Position numbers and translations under genes: made by a program. From the human T2T-CHM13v2.0 reference genome, Homo sapiens, in assembly GCF_009914755.1 (NCBI RefSeq), contig NC_060925.1: a stretch of DNA of 64,000 nucleotides. One strand, 5' to 3'. The notes beneath the pieces were generated by a model. The model saw only the letters and a program-made list of their open reading frames with translations, made no database searches and was not told the DNA's origin. Positions 1-13,880 of the stretch are shown here, one piece after another. Numbering within the stretch: the stretch's first letter is position 1; each line of letters starts with the position of its first letter.

Positions 1-180
1 GGCAATGAAAAAGACTGAAGGGGGAAACAAAACAAAAGGCTTTTCACCTCAGGCAATTTTTTTTTCTTATGGAATTGTCCATTAGCTGCCAAGTATCTCC
101 TGAATGTAACAGCTGTGTTCTTCTTGAATATATGCAGAGATGATTGGGAAGCTTAATTTTTTTAAGCTGAGAGTTGCTTA

Positions 181-545
<365 letters not shown>

Positions 546-734
546 AAAAGTGCTGATATAGTGAAGGGTCTGAGGTTTTATTTTACTTAATATTAATACA
601 TGTACTAGGAGTTACAGCCCCAGGTTGATGAGGATTAGGACATCTGGTTTTCATTCCAGAATCACACACACTGTTGCTGTCATTCCTGTCACTGCCGTTA
701 GTTAAAAGGGTAGACATATGACTAAGGCACTGGG

Positions 735-860
735 GCAATAGAACCATGGTTAGGAGCTGGACTGCCTGGGAACAATTTTCACATGTTCCTCACACTAGTT
801 ATGGGGCCTTGGGCAAGTTACTGGAATTCACTGTATCTTGGTTTCTTCATCTGCAAAGAT
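735..860 (+). mobile_element. MIR fragment
   Basis: MIR core ccttgggcaagttac...gtttcttcatctgcaaa; boundaries approximate. Confidence 0.7.
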
Positions 861-1289
861 ACTATTTTAAATAGGCTAATATATACATTGCACGTATAAA
901 GTATCCCTATATAAAGCTTATTATTTTTTATTACACAAAATGGGATGACACTCTCTAGAAATGTAACTTAGTTAACCAAATGAAAGCTCAGACTTTCTCC
1001 TGTCCCTCACAGGAGAGTTCTAGAAGGAGAATTTCCTGATGAGGAGGAGTTCTGTGGTCCATGGATCTAACTCTTCACTGTGACATTTACCTTCCTTTTG
1101 GAGTTCCCCCTGATTGACTGTCAGCTGCATCTCACTGGCATCAGGAGACACTGCTTTTTTGATAATATTCTAAAACCCAGGCATGGGGACGAATGAGGGT
1201 GCTATTAACTCAAGCTGAAATGGGGGTGCTACTACAACTACAATTAGATTTTACCAGTAGCTCCTGGCCAGAAGAGATACATAGGTAGT

Positions 1290-1616
1290 ATGCTACCAAT
1301 TTCTACTAGACACCTGTGGCTACTACTGAACACTTGAAATATGGCTAGTCTGAATAAAGACGTGCTATCAAAGACATAAAATTGTAACATATCCCATTCA
1401 CTGTTTGGTTGAATTTCAAAGACAGAAATGTAACAAATCCTATTAATTGTTATAATGATTACATTTAGAAAGGACAGTATTTTTTATTTATTTGGTTAAA
1501 TAAAATATATTATTGAAATTAATTTTTATCTTTTTTAATGCGGATGCTAGCAAATTTAAAATTACACTTGTGGCTCACATTTATGACTCACATTACATTT
1601 CTGTTGGACAGCACTG
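1290..1616 (-). mobile_element. MER33 (hAT-Charlie MITE)
   Basis: cacctgtggcta...cacttgaaatatggctagtc and terminus tttctgttggacagcactg match the reverse complement of remembered MER33 consensus. Confidence 0.8.
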
Positions 1617-2029
1617 ATACAGATATATAGCTTGCTCTTCTTGTTTGCTGGCCTCTTTGTTTTTCTGTGATTTCTTTGTTTCTTTTCTTCCAAGCTTGTT
1701 GTCTCCCACCATGTGATGGCCAACAGAAAACCCATTACCCACATTTCTATTTCTTGACTGCCTTGAGGTCAAGACTAGGAGAGTGTCAGAGTTAACTCTT
1801 TATCCTGCAGGAAATGTGCACCAAAACCAAACTTAGCACTTAGATTAAGATCTGTTCATTGTGCACAGAATTGTATTCTTACTCATGCCATCCTCACTGG
1901 AACCACCACATTTCAATATAACAAAAGTAACTCTGATATTTGTAGAATAAAAAATGATCATAAAAGTTACTCCTGTGTTAGTCATCTTTCCATTTATATA
2001 ATTATAAATGTATTTCCTGCTTTAAGCAC

Positions 2030-2225
2030 GCCAGGCATACACAGTTTACTTTATTTAGCTTATACTATGTGATATTAACGAAAATATTCTGAAGTAGATA
2101 ATATTTACATATGAAGAAACTGAGATTTGGAAATATTAAATAATATTCTGAAAGCCATATAACTAGTGTGTTTGTTAAAGTTGGTTTAAATTGAGGTTTA
2201 TCTGTCTGAAAGTCCATCTTTGAAC
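2030..2225 (-). mobile_element. MIR fragment
   Basis: tttacatatgaagaaactgagattt (antisense MIR core); approximate boundaries. Confidence 0.6.
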
Positions 2226-2769
2226 CCATTATATGTCTAGGTGAAGTATCGTGTTTCTCCACTTAATCTCCCTCAACCAGAACTCTCAGCACAGTTCTTG
2301 GGCCCAACCACCAGGATTTTGCTGCTCTACCCCAAGTCTTCTGAATTTTCCATGTCAGAGTGCCCATCCTTTCCCTTCAGAACCCTGTAGAAAGATGTTA
2401 TGAGAGACTGTTTGTTTCCAGTTTTGTAAGGGAAAGGGATGGCTTCTTCAAAGAACCAAGAATTGGGGGAACTTGGAACATGGTAAAACATAATGTAGTG
2501 ATGTGATTTTTTGTTCTATTTAGGTATGAAGGTGAAGCTTACCAAATAGGGATGTGAAATTGTTCAGCAGCCTTCTCCTAGTATAACTCCTCACTCTGGA
2601 AAAGTGGAGGAAACACCATTCCCTGTACCGTTTATGTGGTTGTGTGCAGTGATTTCAAAGCCAGCTCAACTTAGAACTCTTATGCTTACTTAGACTCACA
2701 TGTTTACAGGCATTCAGATCCTAGTCTAGGTCTCCGACCACTGCAAGCTGTAGATTCCTCTCTGGCAGA

Positions 2770-2878
2770 TGACATTAATAATAGTGCCTACTTATAAGGT
2801 TGTAGGAGTAAATCAGATGATGTATATAAAGCACTTAACTAGTGTGGGAACATAGTATATATTCAATAAATGTTAGCT
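2770..2878 (+). mobile_element. MIR 3' end
   Basis: ataatagtgcctac...aaagcactta...tcaataaatgttagct. Confidence 0.7.
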
Positions 2879-5800
2879 TTTCTTTCCATGATTTCCCAGG
2901 CATTAACTTACGGGCTCTGAGCACTCTAGAAGAACAATTGCTGTTCTCAATCCTTGCTAATGTGTCCTATGGTTTATATTTCAACCCAGTAAGGTTGTCT
3001 CGGATTTTGATGGGAAAAGTGTTAAAGTGTGCATGGTCCCCAGAAGAGAGTGAAGACGCCCTGTGCAATGCCCGTCTGCATCAGCATTACAGCGAGCAGA
3101 CAGAGACATAGCACACTCCTGGGTGTGCTCTCTGTGCATCACAGAAAATTGTAAGCTCCAGTAGCTATTTAGATTGCTAACTTGGGGAAAGAATTCCTCT
3201 TCTTGCATGTGGGCAGGATACATTTGTTTCCTTCTCTTTCTGCCATTCCTGATTCTTTGATGGACAGAAATGGAAAGAGATTTGAGGCTCCAAAGGGATT
3301 GTGTGGTAGTTCTCTTTGTAAGGCAATGATTGATTATTTCTTTGCACAATTTCACTTTAATTGTGTTCATTTACTACACCTGACTAACATAAATGCATAT
3401 TGTGGTATATAATATATCCCCAATGTATATAAAATAAGAGCTATTATTCCTTTCTGTGTTCTGGTGCTAATAAACAAGCTATTCAAGCTTTGCTTAGGTA
3501 GTTTGCAGCATTACTAGAATGCCTTGATGGAATTACCACCTTATCCATATACAGTTGGGAGCATATGATTCCTTTTATGTAATGTAATACCCTATAACAT
3601 AATGAGTATCATTAATAAAGTGACAAAATAAAACTTGAACTACCACTTCAGGATGTGCTTTATTCAACCAGTAATACACTTTTTGGTCCTTTGTAGTTTC
3701 TCTCTTTTGAATTCATGGCTTACTGCATTCAAACTGTGATATTAACACACCAACCAAGCGTACCCTGTTGTGTCATAAAGCCATGGTACTGAGGTGTCAA
3801 AGGAGAAAAAAACAACCATTATTCTAAAACAGAAACTGGGGAATGTTACTGTGATGCTTTAAAAGAAGATATGGCTCTCATGAATAAGCAAATTTATTTA
3901 CTACCCAAAAGCAACATTTCTATTTTTATTTTTGGAAAGGTAAGTGTTCTTTACTCAGAAAGAAATGTTATATGAATTCTGTATTTTGAAAATGGAACTA
4001 AAAGATAAAGTCATAAATTAGTTTTTGCCAAGTTTAGACATCAAGGGGTGGCACAGAATGCGGTGAGAATACTGAACAGTATGGTAGGCAGAAAAAAAAA
4101 AACCTTTGATTCTCTTTTTTTTTTTTTTGATTCCACTTGATACTACTAGTTGATTAGTTCAGAGTAATTCTTGTAAAGACAGTATCTGAGGTTTTCTCTG
4201 GATAGCTCATTCATCCTCAAAGCATAGAGGATTTAGACATTTGATGGTGGTGTCAAGGATATCAGTTAGAAAGGGTGGTTTTACTTCAGATAGAGTAAGC
4301 TCAGCACAGATTTCCACAAAATATAGTGACATATTCAGATGATGCTCAAAATTTTAGAAATTGGTTTCTAATTCTAGGTGGCGGGAAGCCTGTATGTTCA
4401 CGTGAGATAGGCAATGAGAAGATTTGAGGTTTCTTGATATTCAGCAGCAGGAAGAATTACACAAGTAGGAGTATAATAATTATAAAATTAAGAAGAGGTT
4501 TCCCTACAGAAGGATCAGAAATAGGTCATAAATATGCAAAGTTACAGGAGAAAACATGTCATCCCTAGTCCAGAATCGTATTTCCCTGAACTTTCTGGTT
4601 GATACATTGAATGCAACTATGTGGCCTCAGTCTTCCTTACTACCTTTGGCATCCTTTCAGGACCAGTGCAGGACAGTTTGCAAGAGCTATATAATTAAGC
4701 ATGGTTCAGTGCAAAAATATAAATAACATAATTGAAAGATGTGAAGAATTAAATGAGTTATCACAATTCAGTCAAGAAACCAGGACTAACAGTAGGTCAA
4801 TAATTAGTGATAGCTTCTTCTTCCCAGATTTTCTGGCATTAATTTTGAATAATTAGATTTTTATCCATGATGTTGTTAGACTTAAGCATGGATTTTCGAG
4901 AAACATGCAATATGATATTGGAAACAATTTATAAATCACTATTCATCTTTGGAATTCTGATGTTCATTGAGAAAAAGATCTAGTGTAAATTTGGTGGCGT
5001 CAATATCAATCATAGAACTTGGATTCCTGAAATATAAATCTACAAGTGTTTAAATCCACACAGTGATATTATTTCAACACCTGCAGGCCAAAGTAATGAG
5101 CAAACTTCTAGATAAAACAAAAGAGGATTTTGAAAAGAACTGTTACTATGAAATTGATAACTAGAAGTTGATCTGTAGAATGGCTGAGTTTTGCCCACTT
5201 CACTTAGTCAACAGTATTCTCTCACCTACATTTCTTTGTGATTACATATCTTTAAATTGTGTAACTGCGATTGTCATGCAGCTCTGGAATATGTCTTTTC
5301 CCTGAATTACATCAACTGGCCCAAATGAGAAATCAAACCTACATATTTGTTCTCACTAGCACCATATGCCAACTATCTGAAAATAAATCTTGTGTTTACT
5401 GCTATGTAATTCACATGCTAGCAGGTCTGGGAGGTCCCAGCAGTAAATTATTTTTAAAAATTGTTACACTAGTGTACACTGAATATTTACTCAGTATTTC
5501 AGTTTTTTAAAAATGTGCATATAATCAATTGTAGATCCTACAGTTGACCACAATCCCATTAATTTCATAATACATAACAAATCATGTGTGAGTGAATGCA
5601 CACAATACAAATCTCTCTTACATTGAGTTCAAGTTTCAAGCCTGATACTTTACCAAATTGATGGCCAGTACACTGAGCTTCATTTGTGCTCAGTTTTCTC
5701 ATCTGCAAAATGGTATCAAAGCTCTCCCACTAGTATACTGGTTGGATATCATCATCGACTAGAAAAATTAACAATGTTGATACAAGGCACAGAGTTCGAC

Positions 5801-5940
5801 ATAAGCTATATCAATCACTATAATTATCCCAATAAAACGTAGAAGGAAGAAGATTATGTATTCCTTTTAGAAAACATGATTTTTTTTCTTCATCTCTAAC
5901 CTACCACTCATCTCTGGTTTTAAAAATATTATAGGTTATA

Positions 5941-6226
<286 letters not shown>

Positions 6227-9200
6227 TTATACAAAAATTAATCAATTGCCATGTGTGAAATATGAAAGTGCAAAGGTGACACTAAGTTGCCACAGTTTAT
6301 TTCTGTGTCATTTGGCAAAACTGAATGAAAAGGCTTACATTCACTCAAATCGAGCTATTCCTGACAACTGTCAGGGAATTCAGGTTGAGCCAAAAGTTCC
6401 AGATACATTAGAAAATCTCTCTATGTTTACAAAAAAGAAGGTTCCTTTTGGATGAAGAACAATAATCAGTTCAAGCCTTTCTTGTACAGGAAGAGGTAAG
6501 CTACAAAGTGAGCTATAATCAAAGCTGGTCCTCAAAATTGGTTTATCCTCTCAGAGGGCTTCAGGAATTCTCAGACTGATGTGGAAATGGAGAGTGCTCT
6601 TGGAGACATTGCCAGTCTGTAATGAACTCTCCAGATTTATCCTGGGCCCAGCTTCTTCCAGTGTAGGATAGACTGTGTAAATCTGAAGATACTAGAACTA
6701 GACTGGGACAAAGGATGAGGATAGGCTCCCTCATTTAATGTTAACACCAAAGCCTGCAGAGAGCCCTCAGCCTTTTAAAAAATATTGTGGTAGATTGGCT
6801 GCCAACTCTTCAAAAAGTTAATTAATAAAATGCAAATAAATTATAAATGAAGAGAATCACTTGGTTAAATAAATTTTATTAGTTGGAAGAAATGCACACC
6901 CAATGTTATTAGGCTAAAATAGTATATTAAGTCAACCAAAGGAAGCCTTTGTTGTAACAATATTCATACAGTATAGAGTTTTCAGACAGTAATTTTTTTG
7001 TTTACAAAGCTTATATGCAGTGATTTTATATTTTCCAGGCACAGCCAGACCTGCAGAGATAAGGGACATATTGAATGAAACAACAATCCTATTGTGATTG
7101 AAGTTGTATGTTTCGAAGGCCATTCATATCCTATATTTGTTAATTAAATATGTAGGCATTCTTTTTAAAATAGAAAAAAAGAATAGCTGCTGGCCTATCT
7201 TTAGTTGCTGGATTTTGCAAAAGATTTATGGATGTTGCCTGAGAATGTTGAAATCTCTTATTTCTGACAAGGTTCAAGTTCTGTCATGAATGTAATCTGC
7301 ACTGCCACCAAAACCAGCTGGCAAGTGAAGTGGTTTCTCATGCGCTCCTGAATCCATGGTGTAGGTTTTTCTAAATATGATCTGTATTAGGCAGTTTAAA
7401 TAAATGAATTTGAATATTTTTAACCTTGTAATTAAATTAAGTGTTCTATACTGTGTGTTCTGAAATGCTTCTTTGCAAAGACATTGCAGAGTGAATTTAA
7501 ACATAAGAAACTATTTAATCATTTCAATTAAGAGTTCCCTTTATCTGTGAAGAGCAAAATGTCTCAAATAAAAATATTATTTTTTGGTGCTGCTGGTACA
7601 CTTTTCCAGAAATGCAGCTGATCTCAGGTTTTTTCCTTTAGGCTATCATAAAAAATATTATGAAAATGGAAATAAGATATAAATGTTCAGATGATTAAAA
7701 ATCTTGCATTCAGAGTGTCTTTAAAGTTAACATACATTTGACAGTTGGTCTTGTCTCTTCTGGGGCCACTAACACACCATCTACAGCAATCCTAATAGAC
7801 TACAAACTGCTAAATATTTGTTAAGTCAGGAGAACCATATTTTGGTGGGGCTGGGAAGTTCAGCAGTGGCAACAGCTACTGGGCAACTGTCCAAGGTTCT
7901 GAACCATCTGCCAGCTTTGACATGTTTTTCTCTCTCCTGAACCTGAGAACCTGGTGACACCCGTCTAGCTACTCCCAGACTGTATCTTATTTTTATTATA
8001 TTTATCAGTAATATATAATTTAATTTTTTTATTTATCCAGAATAAACAGAGCTGGAATTTATGTTACCCAATTGAAGTGTTAATTTTATTTTCTTTAAAA
8101 AATTAACTATGCTTGGCGTATTTGCATATATTTTCCATTACTGGAAGTGGGAAGGTAGAAAAAGTTACATACTCCTCTAGTACTATACTTCTGACAATAA
8201 AGTCTTTGAAATATAAAGAAAAATCCAGTGCCAATTCTGACAACTTTAACGGCCATGCAGTGTTTACAGCTATAGACTCCTAATGATCTGCTTCCTACAC
8301 AATGTCTTTGAGATGTGCTTATGCAAATAGCCAAAAGGATATTTTTTCCTGCCGTTTTCTACAAATACAAACCTAATTTTAGCTGAGCAGCACTTAGTAT
8401 ACATGGGTGGTGATGTCATTAATGATTTTTTGGTGTTTCTTGCTCCAAATATCACAATTTGAAAGATATATTAATCCAGCCAAAAGAATAACTCTAATAA
8501 TGCTGAGAGTCCCAAAATATGATCCCTCTTGGCTTACCCATCTACAAGGGAGACTAAAGAGCATGCTATTAATCCTGTGTTAAAGGAATCTGGCAGAATT
8601 CGAATGCCTTTATAATCTATAATGAAGTATTATCACCCTAGTAATGTTGTATGACCTTTAGGGGCCTCAGCTTTTCCATCTTTAAGTGTGAAGTTTGGAT
8701 TTGGTGATGTTAATGATAACTTCAGATTCTAAGCTTCCATACTCAGTAATCTTGGCAGGTGTGTTACCTCATAAACCATTCAATGTTCTAAGAAAGATAC
8801 CATTCTTTGTACTACACTGGAGTTCCAGTGAGTATTATGTATATAAACGTATAAGTAATAACTGCATTTTGCTTTTCTGTTTGGTGAGCCATACAGTAAA
8901 GCAGCACTTCATTTGTTCATAAGACAAGATGTCAAAGTCTCAATAAACCTGTCCATGTGTGTGAATGTGTGTTTGCATGTGTGTGTGTAACATAGAGACA
9001 AAGATAGAGACCCTGACAGAGACTGTTCAGTGACACTGGAGAGGAATCAATTGGTTTAGGGGAAAATAAGCAAAAAATGACACAGAAGGAAGCATTTGCT
9101 GAATATAAAGAACTATTTCTATGGGGTTTCATAATGTGCCAGATTCAGGCCTATTCTTTCCCAAGTCTGAAGATTCCACACTAAACCTTCTCCCTAAGCA

Positions 9201-10319
9201 TTATAAGAGTAAGAGACATTTCACTTTGCCTGTAGAATGAATAAAGTCCCAATGATATTTTAGAGCTGTAGTTTTGAGATATTTAGATATTTTATATATT
9301 TAAGGCATACTTTTTATCTTTATGCTTGTACTTATAGCTTTATGGTTATATTAATATCAAGAATTGCAGGCATTTACAATCCTTTTAAAAGTTACAGAAT
9401 TCTTTATGGAACTTGAAAGAAACTATCTATATTTTTGTTAGAAAATATAATCTTAGATAAGAAACCAAGTCAATTTTTTGCTTTGTAAATCTGTTGTCAT
9501 AGTAATATAAATGTACTTGCAACATAAGGACAGACCCAGAAAATTAAAGAATAGGAAAAAAAGTTACATTTGGTAATGAGAGGTTAGACTTCGTGAAAAA
9601 GCCAGTAAAATCCAAAGAACACTGTAAATTTTTGGCTGCAGAGTCAGCCACTGTTGGCCAGGGTCTACAGGATCAGTTTCACACTGGGCATTTGCAGACA
9701 GTTGATCTTGCATTTTATGGACACTGAATACATGGAAGTAGCATGAGATTACTGTGAGCATTCTTGCAGTTTTGCCAATTCTTTCAAGGTCATATATGTC
9801 TATGATTCACATATGCATAATGAATGAAATACCTCTAGGAGAGAAGCAAATTAGGTGTTTGTGTTTCTCTTCTTTCCAACACTATCCATTGTCTTTTCCA
9901 GTCTTTGTACCACTTACACTTTATGTGTCTTTTCATTCTCCATTCCTGTGAGAACTCATCTCCTTTGGAGTCCATGTCTCTGGCAGAAGAGGCATAACAA
10001 TTTGGACCATGATTTCGGGCATTAGTAAGTCAAAAATGATTGAGTTTTCCTTAAGAGGTTAATTATGCTTAAAAAATCAGCACAAATTGTTGCTTTGATA
10101 TTTTATGTCAATATTTCCTTAGAAATTTCTCCATAGACTTCCAATTATTTGGCAAAATAAGTAGGGTTTCTTTTGTTGTTGCTCTAATGTATAATATGAT
10201 GGAAGGCCTAACAGCTGAAAAGTGAGTATCCATTTATTAAAGCTCTACTAAGTGCATAAAAACATGGTAAATCACAGCACCTGGTGGAAAGCACTTTAGT
10301 AAGGATATAGACAAAGACC

Positions 10320-10525
10320 CATGGGCCGTAGAAGAAATCTGAATTATCTCTGCTTAGGTTAGTTAGTGAGGCTTTCCAGAGGAAGTGGCGTTTGAACTGC
10401 ACTGTAAAGAAGGGAAAAGATTGCACCATTTTCATAGTGTTTGTGTGTTGTAATATAAATATGTATACATAGTGCTTGGCACAAAGTAGGCAATAAATAA
10501 ATCATTGTTGACTGAATGAATAGAT
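10320..10525. mobile_element. L2 remnants (antisense body fragment followed by a sense 3' end)
   Basis: gaggctttccagaggaagtggcgtttgaactg; then atagtgcttggcacaaagtaggc...gactgaatgaat. Confidence 0.6.
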
Positions 10526-11719
10526 AAACAAACATGGGTGAGGATGTAGCATGCTAATTTTCTGTATCAATTATATTCAATAATTACTGAACTAAAATAG
10601 AAAAAAATTAATAACTTTTCTTATCTTCCATTTCCCTGTCTGTCTCTCCCTACCAAGATTTCAAAGCTGGAAATTATATGTAGGCCATGATCAAATTTGA
10701 AATTTTATTTGCAAGGGAGCATTTTATAAGAACCAATAACATGTTGTGTGGGGAAGAATATACTTTCTCTTCTCTTGGACTATATAATGTACTGTGAAGA
10801 GCACTGTTAAAGTGCTCTTTAAAGTAGGTAGAGCTCTGTTTCATTTGCAGTCTTAGTTTGGGGATTTGTTTAGATTTTGGGATGTCCATGGTATCTCTAT
10901 GTTGCTGTTTCACAATGAATGGTTGGAAATTTAAAATTTAGTCTTTAATATGCATATTTAAAATATATACATTATATTCTCATTCCTTTCCTAAAAGGAA
11001 AACTAAATTTCACCGATTTTTTTTAATGTTGTTCCTGCCTGCTTATGCCTCCCAGCCCCAAATAAATCACTAAGTTTTTCCAGCACATTACAGCCTAATT
11101 CTAGTCCTGTTCTTGGGATCCATTAACTCCTCCTATAACTTTCTTAACTGTGTTCCTTTGTAAGGAGTCGAGATACAGAACTTTTGTTTAATCGATTTTT
11201 ACGTAACTTTAGCAGGATTCAATGCATACACAGGTGGAAGTATATTATCATTTAGATTTTGTTTGTTTGTTTTGTGATAATAAGAGAACCATACGCAGAG
11301 GTGTGAATCAAGCCATATTTGGCTTTCCCTTCTTGTAAGCCATTATCATACCTTATGGCCTCATTCACAGATGGCATAATTTTTTAAAGAGTTTCCTCTA
11401 CCTGAAAAACTTTCATTTTAGTAAAGTACTCTTGAAAATAAGTAGCTTTCAAAATCCAAAAGGATTAATTTATAATGATAGATTTTAGCTAGTATGAGCA
11501 ATTGATGGCCAATATGTAGAGTAAGTTGAAAATTAATTGTAGAGAAAACTATAGGGAATGGAATCCACAGATTAGAGAAGCCAGCTGAAGAAGAGGTTGG
11601 AAGTGATTGTTGATAAACAGACCAAGTGGATGATACCAGGAAAAAAGAGAGGAGAATATGGTGGTTTCAGTGACTAGAAAACAATTTCAGTCAACTGAGG
11701 TCACCAGGGATTAATACAA

Positions 11720-12063
11720 TGATACGGTTTCGCTGTGTCCCCACCCAAATCTCATCTTGAATTTCTATGTGTTGTGGGAGGGACCAGGTGGGAGGTAATT
11801 GAATCATGGGGGCAGGTCTTTCCCATATTATTCTCATGATAGTGAATATATCTCATGACATCTGATGGTTTTAAAAAGGGGAGTTTCCCCATACAAGCTC
11901 TTTTCTCTTGTCTGCCACCATGTGAGATATGCCTTTCACCTTCCACCATGATTGTGAGGCCTCCCCAGCCACATGGAACTGTAAGTCCAATAAACCTCTT
12001 TCTTTTGTAAATTTCCTAGTTTTGGGTATGTCTTTATCAGCAGCATAAAAATGGACTAATAAA
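11720..12063 (+). mobile_element. THE1 (MaLR) solo LTR
   Basis: Starts tgatacggtttcgctgtgtccccacccaaatctcatcttgaatt, ends ggactaataaa; perfect 5-bp TSD tacaa at 11715-11719 and 12064-12068. Confidence 0.93.
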
Positions 12064-12951
12064 TACAACTACCCAAAGACTCCTGAAGTTGACAGCTATA
12101 TATAAAAAAATATTGGATAGAAGGTCAGTTTTGCATTCTGCAGTCATATCTTTAAACTATATGTGCATATGCCTACCTTTACATGCATCTCATATGCATC
12201 TCTGTTGCTCTTTCTTTCTTTCTCTCTCTAACTCAATGACTAAACTAAATGGTTAAACTGTAAAATATTTATGTATGTGCCACAGGGTTAATGTTCCATG
12301 ATGCTCCACAAGTAACATTAGAGAGTCTCTAATTTTTTTATTTATGTAAAAATTATTTTTAAAATTTAGACCCCATCAGGAAGAGATAAAATGAGAAAAT
12401 CAGAATGTATCTGGCTAAATATAGTGGCCAGTAGCCAGGCACAAGGCCTACTCAGGGTGGGAGAGCTAGCAGGTCAGAAAAATACAGTTTGAAGTCATTC
12501 AGGGTTAGTGAGTAGAAAATAATTATAGAATGCATCTGATCACACAGACTCCTAAATAAATGTGGTTGAAGAAAGAAGGATGTCTGTCCTGAAAATGGTA
12601 AACACCCAAGAGGGCAGGCATCAAATACTTAAAGGACCATGAAGTAGAAAATGAATTACATTATCTTTTTCTGTGTTTTTGAAAAAAGTGTGGGGACTGG
12701 AGAAGAGGCTGTACTGTGGGTTCTAGAATTTTCATTTCCCACACATAAACATGGTCATTACCTAATAGAGTAGAATTAGAATTAATGGATAGAAATAACA
12801 TGTTAGATATTTCTGTTAAATAAAGCAGGAACCTTCCAAAACTTTGTGCTGCTCAAGGATGGCATGTGCCACCTGTAGAAGTTGAGATTCTTCATCTGCA
12901 GAGGTTTAGCTCTTAATTGAATAATCATAGTTGGAAGGTATTGTAAAGTGA

Positions 12952-13389
<438 letters not shown>

Positions 13390-13649
13390 TGATTTCTTAT
13401 TTCCTCATCTGCAAAATGGGATAGTGCCAAAGTCACAGTTTTAGTGGGAGGTAGAGCTGATATTTGGAATCAGGATCATCCCACACTTGAGCAGAGTTCT
13501 TAACTACTATGTAATACTACGTCTTCTATCAACTATTAGAAACATGTCTTAGAACAGGGAAAGGCACATAGAAAGTGTTTAGTTTTAGCTATTGTTACTA
13601 CTATTGTATATTTAAAATATTTAGAATATAGTATAGTGAGTACAGGCGG

Positions 13650-13880
13650 TTTTACTGGCTAAGAGTGAAGATCCTGGAGTAAAACTTTCCAATCTTGACT
13701 CTATCATTTACTAACTGTAGGACTATAACTTCAGTGTCTAACTATCTTCATCTGCTAGTTGGGGATAATCATAGTACCCACCTCAAAAGTTGGCTGTAAG
13801 TTTTCAGTGTGATAATAATATAAAGTCCTTAGACCTGTACCTAGCACATAATAAGTGCTCAATAAATGTCACTTTATTAT
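13650..13880 (+). mobile_element. MIR, near full length
   Basis: cttcatctgctagttggggataatcatagtacccacctca...cctagcacataataagtgctcaataaatg. Confidence 0.8.

Noticed and set aside
2842-3412. Three overlapping ORFs of 76-129 aa in unique sequence
   Set aside because: No recognisable domain or convincing splice context; two of the three have non-ATG starts; expected by chance
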